Shown here one piece after another: positions 17,825 through 27,610 of a stretch of DNA of 64,000 nucleotides (its first letter is position 1; each line of letters begins with the position of its first letter). The notes beneath the pieces are model-generated. The model saw only the letters and a list, made by a program, of their open reading frames with translations, searched no databases and was not told where the DNA came from. The translations under genes were made by a program, and so were the position numbers. Where the stretch lies: the sequence record PV400810.1. The stretch is one strand, 5' to 3'. The DNA comes from Pseudomonas phage vB_PaeM_GXNNA8.

Positions 17825-19456
17825 TTACTCAATCGGTTTCTGTAGCATGAGGGTATTGAAGTTCATCAGGTTGGTAGCGGTTTGTCCCGCATACTTGCTG
17901 ATCTTGAAGGGAACGTTGTTATCCAATACCTGATGATGACCTAATCCCCCGTAGGCTTTCGCTTTAGACTCCAAGTCAATCAAGAAGATGGCATACATGG
18001 AATCACCATCAAAATCAGCATTGTAAGGACCGACTGAAGTAATGGGGATCTTAATACTCTCATCTTCCAGATCCCGGTTCACCCGCAGGTAATTGGTGCG
18101 TCGACTGAGGTACTCAATCGAGGGGTTACGCCCCATTTGAACCAGGACTTTACGACTCTCCTCCGCACGCCGTAAGAACGCGTCGATTTCTGGAACGATC
18201 CGATAGGCCGCGTTATAGATCAACTTACGGGCACTCCGGGGGGTATGCCCTAACCGATAGAGGTGGTTCGTAATGGGTTGTTCCAGGATGGTAACGACCA
18301 TCTTCCACGGCATAATCACTTCGGAGTGATTAATAATACCCGTTTGAGAGGTAATCACCGACCGACCCGTTAATGGCACCGGACCCGCACACACATGCTT
18401 ACGGTTGATCCCGTGTTTATTAAACACGGCTTTGGGGTTATTGACACTCCTGAATTGATCAGCTAACGCCACCAAGTTCTTACCCACAATGTCTACATTG
18501 CGTTGCAAGTCCTTTTCAGTGAGTTGATAACAATTGCTGGACTTCATGGTATCCGCAATGGCGTTATAAAGCTTCGCTGTTTCAGGCTGATGCTCATAAC
18601 TCCGTACTTCTTTACCCACCCGTTCCAGCACCATGCAGTACCGACTGGGTACCTTCAAGTAATTACAGAACGCGATGTGTTTATACCGATGATACAGTTC
18701 CAGGATCTCAGCACCTTCCCCTCCCCGGTACTTCGACCAGCGCTCCCCTGGACCTACCAGGATGTATTCCATAATCCGATCACAGTGATCATAGAACGTG
18801 TTCAGGTCAACATGGTGGATCTCCAAGTCACTGAGCATCTGGTTAATGGCAATGAGGGTTCCATTCCGTTGCTTCTTAACCTTGGTTCGATACAGCGGAT
18901 CAATGAAGTAACGCGGTACGTTGATCTTGGGTGACGGGTTCCCTATGCTGATATTGTTAAAGAAGGTCGTAAAGAATCCGATGTTAACGAACTTCTTCAC
19001 CCCTTCGGGGCATTTGAGCCAGATCCGGGTGTCTTCCCCTTGATCCAAGAAGAGTTCTGCTTTACTCCCACACCGTGGACACACCCGTTCGGTACCCAGG
19101 AGGTAGTTACCCCGGAGTCCCTTGCCGTCCTTACACAAACACCGCGCAACGGTATCAAACGAATTACCCTCAAACTCCATCCGGGTTAAACGACTGAGGG
19201 CTTCTCGGTCTTCTTCCAGATTGAAATCGAAGTCATTCAGGTAGACTTGCTTAAGACGGCTGGTATCGTGTAGGTAGTCGTAGTCTTCAAAATCGGGATA
19301 GGCCGGCATCGAGAACCGAGGATCATCCTCCAAGGAAAAATCCAGCTTACTGGCGTAGCCGACAAAGTCCTTAAGGGGATCCAGCACTTCTTCACTGTAT
19401 TCCGTTAACCGTTTAATGGCCAACGAAAGACTCGGAGTCAGTTCAGGTAGTTCCAT
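17825..19456 (-). CDS. multisubunit RNA polymerase beta-prime-like, N-terminal module
   Basis: 543 aa. Zn ribbon CLCKDGKG...RVCPRCGS. GRNPSIEYLS aligns to the beta-prime NRQPTLHRLG motif. The catalytic NADFDGDSMYAIF matches the universal NADFDGD motif. Adjacent to the chimallin-like gene, as phiKZ gp54/gp55 are. Confidence 0.85.
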   Translation of the reverse strand: MELPELTPSLSLAIKRLTEYSEEVLDPLKDFVGYASKLDFSLEDDPRFSMPAYPDFEDYDYLHDTSRLKQVYLNDFDFNLEEDREALSRLTRMEFEGNSFDTVARCLCKDGKGLRGNYLLGTERVCPRCGSKAELFLDQGEDTRIWLKCPEGVKKFVNIGFFTTFFNNISIGNPSPKINVPRYFIDPLYRTKVKKQRNGTLIAINQMLSDLEIHHVDLNTFYDHCDRIMEYILVGPGERWSKYRGGEGAEILELYHRYKHIAFCNYLKVPSRYCMVLERVGKEVRSYEHQPETAKLYNAIADTMKSSNCYQLTEKDLQRNVDIVGKNLVALADQFRSVNNPKAVFNKHGINRKHVCAGPVPLTGRSVITSQTGIINHSEVIMPWKMVVTILEQPITNHLYRLGHTPRSARKLIYNAAYRIVPEIDAFLRRAEESRKVLVQMGRNPSIEYLSRRTNYLRVNRDLEDESIKIPITSVGPYNADFDGDSMYAIFLIDLESKAKAYGGLGHHQVLDNNVPFKISKYAGQTATNLMNFNTLMLQKPIE

Positions 19457-19490
19457 CGAATAAACTCCAAAAAGACAAAAGCGGAATAAA

Positions 19491-19518
19491 GGTTAGGGAG
19501 CCCGAAAGCCCCCTAACC
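19491..19518 (-). terminator. hairpin terminator between the chimallin-like and beta-prime-N genes
   Basis: GGTTAGGGAGCCCGAAAGCCCCCTAACC imperfect stem-loop, followed by UUUAUUCCGCUUUUGUCUUUUU on the minus strand. Confidence 0.4.
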
Positions 19519-19543
19519 TTCACTCTTTCAGCACACTCTCGTA

Positions 19544-21556
19544 TCAGCCGAACGCAAAACCGCCCAGGAAGGCGTTCATGAGGTTCGGGTTGGACAGGGA
19601 ACTACCGCCTGCAAAGGCAGTAGTAGCCAGACCTGCACCCGGCACATAAACAGCCTGATTCGGACGGAAGCTGGCCGCGGAGTTCGCTGCGTTCATGCTA
19701 CCCAGGCTTTCCATAGCTTGCGCCAGAGCTGCCATGAAGTTCGGATCCCAGACCGCTGCTTGCGAGTAGCTGTTGATGTGAACCGCACCGTTGAACAGCG
19801 ATTGGTTCAGCTCCAGGTTGAGCTTCTGGCAACGGGCTTTGGGGTCTTCGTTGGTCACACCGTACATGACCGCCAGGTAGTTCATCATCGCCTGAGCACC
19901 GTTCGCACCTTTGTAGTGACCCAGCAGCATTTCATCCACTTCCAAGGTATTCAGTTTCTTACCATTGGGTGCTTCAGCCAAGCCGTTGACCACCAGGATC
20001 GGGGTGCGGTGCAGAACCGGTTTTTCCGGAGTCCAACCGGTGCGCGCCGAACGGTTCTGCTCGATGATCTGAGAGAACTTGTTCTTGGTCATCGCATCGA
20101 TCACCGACACCACAATCCCCACTTCCTTAGAACGGTTTTGCTGGCTCAGCCGGCTGAGGAAGTTGTTGATCGCGGAATCCGGACCATTCAGGACGATGTT
20201 CGAACGGAAGATCGCGTGTTGCGAAACGTTCTGACGAATCCATTGGTTAACAACATCGATATCCGTGATGTTTTTGTCATTCAGTTTCAGACGGTTCGGC
20301 GGGTTCACACCACCCAGCAGACTGTCGATACGCGGTTCCAGTGCGCTCAGGTTACCCCGTTGACCCACGCTCACCTTACGCAGTGCTTCAGAGAAGACGT
20401 AGTCGGTGTTGGTGGTCATCAGCAGGTACAGCCCGAAGAAGAACGGGAACAGACCCTGGTTGAAGTTCATCATCTCGCCGGCGTACGCGGTTTCCATGGT
20501 GATCACCGGGTGCAGCGGACGGTAGCCGTGCGGGTAGACACCACCGGTCAGGTTCAGGAACTGATTGATCAGGTCATTGTGCTGAGCGGCACCGCGACTG
20601 GCAGCCAGGTTGGCTTGGTGAGCCTGCATGGTGATACCTGCGAGGCTGACGATAGCCGTAGCACGTGCGATCTCCTTGCTGTTGTTCTGGGAAGAGACAC
20701 CACCGCTGCGGTTGAGGTCAGTGATGGTAGCTGCCACCACTTCCATGTTCGCAGCGCTCAGGGTGAACGCCTTGGTAACACGTTCCTGGATGGCAGTAAC
20801 CCGCGCTTCCGCACAACCGTCTTTACCGAAGGGATGCTTCGGATCCGCGAACGGAGACGGGAGCGGAACGCCAGCACTGGCGATCTCGATGGTCGCACGG
20901 ACCAGAACACCGGTTTCCCACTGGTTGGTGAGGTAACCCGCCAGCTTGGCCGAACGGTCCTTGGGATCGCCGGCTTCCGGGTGGTTCAGCATCTCCAGGT
21001 CAACCACGACCATGTTGATGACTTCAACCCCTTTCGCGCCTTGCTGTTCCGCCACACGGGTGTAGTAAGACACCAGGTTCTTCATGACCGCTTCGTTGGC
21101 GTAGTTGGTCGGGGTCAGCGGTACCGAGATTTGCTGTTGGATACCGTTGAGGGTGTTGATACGGATCGACTCCGAGGAGATGGTCAGGTCCTTGTTGGAG
21201 AACAGGACACCCATTACCCAGAGCTTGTTATTGATGACTTTGTGCAGCACCAGGCCCGGGAGGATGCTGGAGATGCCGGCGGTCATTTCATCCACGTTCG
21301 GAACGATGTTGCGTTGAGCTTCCGGAGTGGTAGCCTCTGCAATACGGGTGAAACGTTCCTTGAGGATCTTGGCGACTTCGGAGACTTCCACCATATTGCG
21401 GTTGTCCGAAGTCATCGAGGTCAGGCTGAAGAGGCCCGACAGACCGGTGGTGTCTTGACGTACACTGGCGCTCAAACCGTTGTCGCCGGCTTCTTCATCG
21501 GTCCAGGAAGAGCCCGGAGTGGTGGATTCGGACGAACGACCTTTATTCACAGCCAT
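19544..21556 (-). CDS. chimallin-like phage-nucleus shell protein (ChmA) candidate; alternatively a major structural protein
   Basis: 670 aa with a GGAG RBS and strongly GC3-biased codon usage (generating the long antisense ORF 19718..21616), consistent with very high expression. Lies immediately upstream of the beta-prime N-terminal gene, mirroring phiKZ gp54-gp55 synteny. Extended N- and C-terminal tails. Confidence 0.5.
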   Translation of the reverse strand: MAVNKGRSSESTTPGSSWTDEEAGDNGLSASVRQDTTGLSGLFSLTSMTSDNRNMVEVSEVAKILKERFTRIAEATTPEAQRNIVPNVDEMTAGISSILPGLVLHKVINNKLWVMGVLFSNKDLTISSESIRINTLNGIQQQISVPLTPTNYANEAVMKNLVSYYTRVAEQQGAKGVEVINMVVVDLEMLNHPEAGDPKDRSAKLAGYLTNQWETGVLVRATIEIASAGVPLPSPFADPKHPFGKDGCAEARVTAIQERVTKAFTLSAANMEVVAATITDLNRSGGVSSQNNSKEIARATAIVSLAGITMQAHQANLAASRGAAQHNDLINQFLNLTGGVYPHGYRPLHPVITMETAYAGEMMNFNQGLFPFFFGLYLLMTTNTDYVFSEALRKVSVGQRGNLSALEPRIDSLLGGVNPPNRLKLNDKNITDIDVVNQWIRQNVSQHAIFRSNIVLNGPDSAINNFLSRLSQQNRSKEVGIVVSVIDAMTKNKFSQIIEQNRSARTGWTPEKPVLHRTPILVVNGLAEAPNGKKLNTLEVDEMLLGHYKGANGAQAMMNYLAVMYGVTNEDPKARCQKLNLELNQSLFNGAVHINSYSQAAVWDPNFMAALAQAMESLGSMNAANSAASFRPNQAVYVPGAGLATTAFAGGSSLSNPNLMNAFLGGFAFG

Positions 21557-21801
21557 GGGGTAAACTCCATCGTTTTCTTAAGAAAGGGTTTGCTTCGCTA
21601 TAGCGGAATCGCGTAGTGTTTGCCTACACACACAAATATCCTTGTGGCGATTCACACTGGTAATATGGGTTTGAAAAATTCTAGCACCTGGTGACATTCC
21701 GGCTTTTTAGGCTGAAATGCTATAGGTACTTGTTCAAACTCATACCATTTTCGAAATTGCACTCCAACGACTCCCGGACGAACCGGGAGACCGTGGTGTG
21801 C

Positions 21802-21810
21802 TATATAATA
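21802..21810 (+). promoter_or_regulatory. TATATAATA box upstream of the plus-strand gene at 21835
   Basis: AT-rich element 25 nt upstream of the ATG, within the divergent region between the chimallin-like gene and the plus-strand gene. A promoter role is speculative. Confidence 0.2.
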
Positions 21811-21834
21811 GTTCATCACTGGAAAAATACTCAC

Positions 21835-22935
21835 ATGCTAACCTTGTCATTCCCTAAACCGTCTAACACGGTTTATCCCCGGTTACGGTTCGGTGACTTG
21901 GGTAACCTGCAACGGCAAACAGCGTTTAACCGTAAAGCCTTTTTCCACTACGTCAGGGCACAGCCGTTCCATACCGAGAACGAACACGTCCTGGTAGGAT
22001 TACTTCAACAGTTAAGCATCAATAAGGATTGGGATCTCTCCTACGTGGTCAGTTATACGAGGTTCCGGGCGTATTCATTATGTACGTTGTTTAATATTAC
22101 CTCGTTGGGTCATGTGGGTAAAGCAATCACCAATGGGTTCTACCGGAATAGTGTCCGGGAACACTGGTGTCTGATCGAGAATACCAAGCAATACAGTGCT
22201 CCTATTGACTTTGTATCCATGTGTCCTGTAGTACCGCTATGTTCTACGGTTACAGAACGGAGTTATTCCCACCCCCTCAACCGGGATAAGACTGTTAACG
22301 GACAGATCAATGACCTGGCCATTATGGGGGTGGACCTGGTGGAGTTGGCTGTTGCGTGGTGGGCGTACCAACAAATGGACTACGAGCGGGATACGGGTAT
22401 ACGGGCATTTGTTGCTCAGATCCCTTTAGCCAACGCCCAGTTGATTCACAATCAACTTACGGTCATTAACACCCTCTACGACCACTTCGTTCACCAACAA
22501 CCACTTAAGAGTGTGATGAACTCGGACAAAGTGGTGTTTAATACGGTCAGTGAACAACGGCTAATGGACCTCTACCTGACTTTCCTGGGAGAGGCCTTAA
22601 CAGGACGTAGACTCTTTAACCTGGAACACCTCCTCGTTACCCTTGAGTCGATTTATAAACAACCCTACTTCAACTACGTTCCGGCGGGTAAGAACGCGTT
22701 GTTTACGCAAACCAGTTGGGTTTGGGAACCGGCTTTAATGAAGCTGTATTCCACCTACTTGAGTATCTGCAACCACGGGAATTACCCCGCGGCTGACATT
22801 AACAGTGTGGTGGAACGAAGTCATTTGAAACGGGTGAATAACTACCAACGTATCCCTGAATCGTACTTCAAAGGATGGTTCTTGGAACTGGCAGACGAGT
22901 TGAATACGCTAAACCGTATTAACCTCAAGAAATAG
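21835..22935 (+). CDS. hypothetical protein
   Basis: The track ORF 21691..22935 begins at a GTG. The first ATG is at 21835 (MLTLSF...), preceded by an AT-rich TATATAATA box at 21802-21810. A plus-strand island between minus-strand blocks. Confidence 0.4.
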   Translation: MLTLSFPKPSNTVYPRLRFGDLGNLQRQTAFNRKAFFHYVRAQPFHTENEHVLVGLLQQLSINKDWDLSYVVSYTRFRAYSLCTLFNITSLGHVGKAITNGFYRNSVREHWCLIENTKQYSAPIDFVSMCPVVPLCSTVTERSYSHPLNRDKTVNGQINDLAIMGVDLVELAVAWWAYQQMDYERDTGIRAFVAQIPLANAQLIHNQLTVINTLYDHFVHQQPLKSVMNSDKVVFNTVSEQRLMDLYLTFLGEALTGRRLFNLEHLLVTLESIYKQPYFNYVPAGKNALFTQTSWVWEPALMKLYSTYLSICNHGNYPAADINSVVERSHLKRVNNYQRIPESYFKGWFLELADELNTLNRINLKK

Positions 22936-23007
22936 TACGCTGCCATCTTGTGGGAGGTCAAGAAATTGACTTACCCAATAAGCTTATTGAAAAAGTTAAA
23001 TAAAAAC

Positions 23008-23046
23008 TACCGAGAGAGGCAGGCTTAGGGCCTCCTCTCTCGGTAT
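23008..23046. terminator. bidirectional hairpin between convergent genes
   Basis: TACCGAGAGAGGC...GCCTCCTCTCTCGGTA long stem with a 2-nt bulge. Lies between the stop of plus gene 21835..22935 and the stop of minus gene 23091..25193. Confidence 0.5.
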
Positions 23047-23090
23047 GTCAGTGTTATTGATTCGCCTCGTTTCTGAGCGTAAACCCACCC

Positions 23091-25193
23091 TCAATGTTCA
23101 TCAGAAACCAGCCTCGTTACCTTAGCATTTAAGATAAAGAGTCCTAACGCTTCTAGAATCGCATAAATGGATTTTAGGTTATGACTAACGATTCTGCGCT
23201 TGTCAATAAACGGGATAAACTCTTTAGGGATTCCACCCATTTGATCTATCTGATCGGTGGGGATATAGATGGAACTCAGCTTATCTCGTCCTTTAAGGTG
23301 ATTCGTCAACAGGGCTTTATAATTCGGGTCCTCGATGCTGTTAAAGAAGTCCTCCAGTTTCTTCTTACCGGTTAAGGTCAGGTTGATCTTGTAGGCCTTA
23401 TATGGCAATGGGGGGGTATCCCCATACTTAGGAGCCAATACCTGGTCCCAGAACAAATGGTTGATGTACCGTTCGTTACTCTCTGGGTCTGTATACGCCG
23501 ACGGGTCCTTAACCCCTTCAATCGCTAACCACGCCCAACCCCCTTCTTCCAGGTTGGCAAACAGTTGACGCTCGATGTCAGCCACTTCCCTCAAAATCTT
23601 AGGTGCATCCAGCTTCTCACGGGTGTACAATGCATCCAAGATTTTCCGCATGAGTTTCCCGGTGAACTCCCTCACCAATTCCGCAATCTTGACCCCTCGT
23701 AAGTGAACACCCTTCAAATCCAATTTCGGTTTCTTATTCAAGACCCCTTCCACCATGAGTTGCAACGCAAAGTAGTGTTTCGACATGGAGGTCGTGACAT
23801 ACGACGCATACAAGTACTCATTCTTCATGTTCAACCGACGCTCGTACTTCTTAGCCACATTCATGTTGCGACTGAGTTTAGCATGCTGGTCGATCGCAAT
23901 GTTGCGGATGAAGAAGGTTAGAACGCCATTGAACCTCAACGAAACCGTAGGGTCAGTCGAGAACTCCTGAATCAGTTGATCCACACTGTAAATACAGGCG
24001 TCTGTATCAGAGGTCATTACGTTTTCACGAACCAACTCTTTCACGCTGTAAATGTCGGTGGGAGGGATAGAAGATTTGAGGAACGCACTAATGAAGTTCC
24101 CCCAGCGTTTCTCAACCTCCAAGTGATAACCATTCAAGAAGTTGATTTGGGCTTTACTGGACTTTTCCCCAAGCTTGGTTAAACACAGGATGTAATAATC
24201 CCCATTCAAGGGTTTAGGATAATCCTCTTCCTTAACCCCTTCCGGAAACTCCGGGATATCGCACCATTCCTTAAAGAACCGTTTAATCAGATCTGGGTTG
24301 GTGGTATACAGCCCTCTCAAATCCTGGGTACAGAGGATAATGGTCAGTTCTAAGGGGGTGAGATCCCTCAAGAACTGTTCAATAGCCCTGAGTTTAACAG
24401 GGTTATCCCAGTAGTACGCGGTACACCGTCTCACCATGTCCATGACCTGGTCGACCGTGGCGTACGTCATCTCGTACTCATCAATCACCGTTTGGATTAA
24501 ATCACGGTCGGTGAACTGGAGCTGACTGACGAACAGTTCCATCGTCTTGTTGTAAGTTAACAACAAGCGGTTACCGGTAATTAACCGTTCATTGATCAGG
24601 TTAGCCGTACTGGTGAGGGCTCGGCAGGTGCTGGTGAGTGTCGTATGACCGGACTTATTGAACAAAGGGGTACCGGATGACGACATCCCGCCGGATTGAG
24701 AATTATTAAAGATCTTTAAGGCATTCTGAATTTCATGGAACGCCTTCTCCGCTTCCTCGTCCCCAACGTCTTTAGCGGCTTGTTTCTTACCTTTGTACAA
24801 CCGACGGAACTCAATAAACTCTTCGGTGCCCGCCGCGTTAACAGATTGTTCTTCCTCTGTATTGGTATACGCGACCAAGGATGGGGAGAGGTGCCAGTTG
24901 TTCTCTCGGACCGCGTTAAAGAACTCCCGGGTTCCCATTACCGTCGGGACACGGTCTCCGTACTTGTCTTTCTTAAAGACCCCGAACTTGGCTTCTTTGA
25001 ACCCATTCTCATTCGGTACGAAGACCTTCTCACAAATCTCTAGCAGGTTCTCATAGTCCCACCCATACACAATGGAGAGGTAACGAGCCGCTAAGTAGTG
25101 GTACGCTTTCAGGAAGTTACGATTACTTTCATACGTTTTATCTATAAAGGGTGACTGATAAGGTTCAGTCTCTTGAGTCGCTGGAACATTCAT
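23091..25193 (-). CDS. hypothetical protein (700 aa)
   Basis: Long minus ORF with an ATG start, an AGAGAGAAAG RBS and a terminator hairpin upstream. Confidence 0.5.
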   Translation of the reverse strand: MNVPATQETEPYQSPFIDKTYESNRNFLKAYHYLAARYLSIVYGWDYENLLEICEKVFVPNENGFKEAKFGVFKKDKYGDRVPTVMGTREFFNAVRENNWHLSPSLVAYTNTEEEQSVNAAGTEEFIEFRRLYKGKKQAAKDVGDEEAEKAFHEIQNALKIFNNSQSGGMSSSGTPLFNKSGHTTLTSTCRALTSTANLINERLITGNRLLLTYNKTMELFVSQLQFTDRDLIQTVIDEYEMTYATVDQVMDMVRRCTAYYWDNPVKLRAIEQFLRDLTPLELTIILCTQDLRGLYTTNPDLIKRFFKEWCDIPEFPEGVKEEDYPKPLNGDYYILCLTKLGEKSSKAQINFLNGYHLEVEKRWGNFISAFLKSSIPPTDIYSVKELVRENVMTSDTDACIYSVDQLIQEFSTDPTVSLRFNGVLTFFIRNIAIDQHAKLSRNMNVAKKYERRLNMKNEYLYASYVTTSMSKHYFALQLMVEGVLNKKPKLDLKGVHLRGVKIAELVREFTGKLMRKILDALYTREKLDAPKILREVADIERQLFANLEEGGWAWLAIEGVKDPSAYTDPESNERYINHLFWDQVLAPKYGDTPPLPYKAYKINLTLTGKKKLEDFFNSIEDPNYKALLTNHLKGRDKLSSIYIPTDQIDQMGGIPKEFIPFIDKRRIVSHNLKSIYAILEALGLFILNAKVTRLVSDEH

Positions 25194-25253
25194 ACGACTT
25201 TCTCTCTGTTCAAAACGTCTATTAAAAAAGACACGGGACGAAAAAATAAAGGT

Positions 25254-25291
25254 TCTACCACATCCCCTGTTTAAATAGAGGATGTGGTAGT
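25254..25291 (-). terminator. intrinsic terminator hairpin
   Basis: CTACCACATCC...GGATGTGGTAG 11-bp stem, followed by a U-rich tract on the minus strand. Confidence 0.45.
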
Positions 25292-25294
25292 GAA

Positions 25295-25717
25295 TTAATT
25301 CTTGGTCGTGGTGGTGTCATGCACGGTATAACTCGCACCCAGGTTACGCAGCATGTTGGCAATAGGCCCCGCCATGGATTCCTGGTAATTGGTGATCGTG
25401 TAGGTGCGAATACGCCCTTCGATAGTCTTAAAGGTCGCATCGTTCACCCAGGGGACGCCAATGACCTCAAATTGCCCATTGGTGAGCTGTACCGCGAAGT
25501 ACGGGTATTTGGAAGGATCGTCTACCCCACCCACTTTATTCTGGAAGTATTGAAACAGGTTACTGTGTTTTACATTGATCTGAGGATCCATGGCCTTAGC
25601 CGCTTGGTACGTCATAGAGGCTGAGATGACCAACACCCCCACCCGTTCATCCCCAAGGATGCCATTACGTACCAATTGGAAATCCACAATGTCATTGAGT
25701 CTGGGAGTAACTGCCAT
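25295..25717 (-). CDS. hypothetical protein
   Basis: 140-aa ORF followed by a hairpin terminator. Confidence 0.4.
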   Translation of the reverse strand: MAVTPRLNDIVDFQLVRNGILGDERVGVLVISASMTYQAAKAMDPQINVKHSNLFQYFQNKVGGVDDPSKYPYFAVQLTNGQFEVIGVPWVNDATFKTIEGRIRTYTITNYQESMAGPIANMLRNLGASYTVHDTTTTKN

Positions 25718-25718
25718 A

Positions 25719-26099
25719 TTAACCTCGTATAAGCACTTCTATTTTGATCAGGGGTAACACCACGACTCTACCCTGAAGGTGAACCACCGCACACGGCCGT
25801 GAGCTCACCTGGAAGGTGTGGACAATGTCTTCCCCTTGATCGGAAAACAACACTTCGGTCAGTTGGGGATCCTCGTCTTCACTCTCAATCTCCAGGGAAG
25901 ACCCCCATTCACCGTTCCTATTGAATGGTTGGAGGGTGGTTTCCAAGCGCTTTAAATGACGAGCAAGTAAGGCGTGGGTGAGGTACAAGTCAATGACATT
26001 CGATGGTGTATCCACCAGCAGGCCGTCAGTCTTCAACGAACGGTCTAATACGTATTCAGCTATCCGCTCATAATCAACTCGGAGGAAACGCTTTTTCAT
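25719..26099 (-). CDS. hypothetical protein
   Basis: 126-aa ORF. Confidence 0.35.
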   Translation of the reverse strand: MKKRFLRVDYERIAEYVLDRSLKTDGLLVDTPSNVIDLYLTHALLARHLKRLETTLQPFNRNGEWGSSLEIESEDEDPQLTEVLFSDQGEDIVHTFQVSSRPCAVVHLQGRVVVLPLIKIEVLIRG

Positions 26100-26397
26100 C
26101 TTGACCGATCTCTGGGTAACCGAAAATAAAGGTGGCCATGTGGTTGTGGACCCTCACTTCCAGTAACCGAAGTAAAGGATGGTTCAACTTGAGTTGTTGG
26201 AACAGGCTCTTATCGTGAAAGAAACGTGTGGTGAGTGCCTGGTTCTCTTTTTCAATCGGATGCGTAAAGCCTGCTGACAGCGGGAATGGAATGTTCTCTT
26301 GGATCTGTAAGGCGTTCAACAACGCTTTATACGCCCCCAGGAATTCCTTATGATCGGTCAACGGGGGTATAGGTACTGAGTGGGACAAGGTTTTCAT
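26074..26397 (-). CDS. hypothetical protein
   Basis: 107-aa ORF in the small-gene cluster. Confidence 0.3.
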   Translation of the reverse strand: MKTLSHSVPIPPLTDHKEFLGAYKALLNALQIQENIPFPLSAGFTHPIEKENQALTTRFFHDKSLFQQLKLNHPLLRLLEVRVHNHMATFIFGYPEIGQDEKAFPPS

Positions 26398-26707
26398 CTT
26401 CTATCTCCAAGATAATGGTGAGGGGGAGAACTTTCCAGCTAACCAATCGCCCAGCCAGTGCTAACTCACGAATTTGCTGACTAATCGCCAGTAATGGCTG
26501 TTGAAGAGTGTTCCACAGGGTTTGAGCGGTCAGTTCATCCAATTCCAATTCATTGAAAATCAACTCTCGGGTCATTCCCTCGTTATGATCATTCATTCGC
26601 CAGATATGTACCAGGGTCGCTATCACCGAATAGGTCTGCTCAGGCTTTAAGCCAGCGTTCGTAAAACAACGGTTCACCAACGCGAGGGGAATGGTTTTCG
26701 TAATCAT
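26348..26707 (-). CDS. hypothetical protein
   Basis: 119-aa ORF. Confidence 0.3.
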   Translation of the reverse strand: MITKTIPLALVNRCFTNAGLKPEQTYSVIATLVHIWRMNDHNEGMTRELIFNELELDELTAQTLWNTLQQPLLAISQQIRELALAGRLVSWKVLPLTIILEIEDENLVPLSTYTPVDRS

Positions 26708-27135
26708 AATAAATCCCTCTTATCGATCCCAACTAAGAGATTGCCATTCGGCAGCACCCGGTACACCACCGGGTGACTAAACGCGGTATAGGGGCTGGGG
26801 AGGGTTATTAAACGGCTTAAATGAGCTACTGCATCAGTCACCAACTCATTTCGATCGTCTGGTAACAGGTACTTGTCCGCTTGCCTACGGGGAAAGACGT
26901 TAGGAGACTCTTCCAACTCAAAGCCGCGATTAAAGACTAAACACTCATCAATGGCTTTCTGTAGGACCCCTAAGGCTACTTCGTCGCAATGTTCAGTAAC
27001 CGATTTTCCGGTAATCTTCCCGGTAACTAGGTATCCAACCTGACTCCTGATTTCCTTTAACAACCACTGGACGTCGATCTGGTAGTACCGGAACTCTCCT
27101 TGGGGTTTTGCTAGATCGTAGTGAAATGATTTCAT
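26704..27135 (-). CDS. hypothetical protein
   Basis: Track ORF 26704..27225. The start was moved to the last in-frame ATG (27135), which still overlaps the upstream ORF by about 140 nt. Confidence 0.3.
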   Translation of the reverse strand: MKSFHYDLAKPQGEFRYYQIDVQWLLKEIRSQVGYLVTGKITGKSVTEHCDEVALGVLQKAIDECLVFNRGFELEESPNVFPRRQADKYLLPDDRNELVTDAVAHLSRLITLPSPYTAFSHPVVYRVLPNGNLLVGIDKRDLL

Positions 27136-27610
27136 TGAGCATCTCGACTTCTGGATGGTCACTAATAACGTCATTGAGACGAACCGGTTCTGTTGCATTC
27201 GAAGACAATGCTTGGAGGGTTTCATCCAAATCCATTACAATACGGGCTTTATGATACCCACTCCCGACCTGCTTGAATTCCACCTTCGCCTTCAAACGAC
27301 TGTCCCACCCCAGCTTACGCGCGGTGTGTTTAATGACCTTTACGAGATCCAGAACGATACGGTCGGTATTCAGTATCCCTACGTTAAACTCATAATGCTC
27401 CAACAGGTCATCCAGGATCCCGTCACACAAAGAAGGATTATTGAAGATACTCAAGGCCGTTTCAATCAAGTCCTTAATAATGGTCTCTCGTTCTACCCGA
27501 GACAATTCAGATGGCATGAGGATACCATTCGTCATCTCCTTCACATTGAACAGTAACATGGGACGAGATCTCCTTAATAAACAAATGTAATCAATAACCG
27601 TTGGGAGCAC
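26993..27610 (-). CDS. hypothetical protein
   Basis: 205-aa ORF. Its 3' end overlaps the next gene in another frame. Confidence 0.3.
   Translation of the reverse strand: MLPTVIDYICLLRRSRPMLLFNVKEMTNGILMPSELSRVERETIIKDLIETALSIFNNPSLCDGILDDLLEHYEFNVGILNTDRIVLDLVKVIKHTARKLGWDSRLKAKVEFKQVGSGYHKARIVMDLDETLQALSSNATEPVRLNDVISDHPEVEMLNEIISLRSSKTPRRVPVLPDRRPVVVKGNQESGWIPSYREDYRKIGY

Noticed and set aside
19718-21616. 632-aa plus-strand ORF antisense to the chimallin-like gene; similarly 42194..43576 (minus) antisense to the sheath gene, 56167..57429 (plus), 10415..11041 (plus), 4050..4646 and 5958..7052 (plus)
   Set aside because: Their compositions are R/V/H/Q-rich and lack motifs. They arise from GC3-biased codon usage of the real genes on the opposite strand. 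The real genes carry RBSs, motifs and operon context.
21691-21834. N-terminal extensions of several track ORFs (for example 21691, 29067, 30055, 15922, 3599, 2107, 42146)
   Set aside because: The track translates TTG/GTG as Met. The extensions overlap upstream genes or terminators and lack RBSs. Downstream ATGs with SD sequences were preferred.
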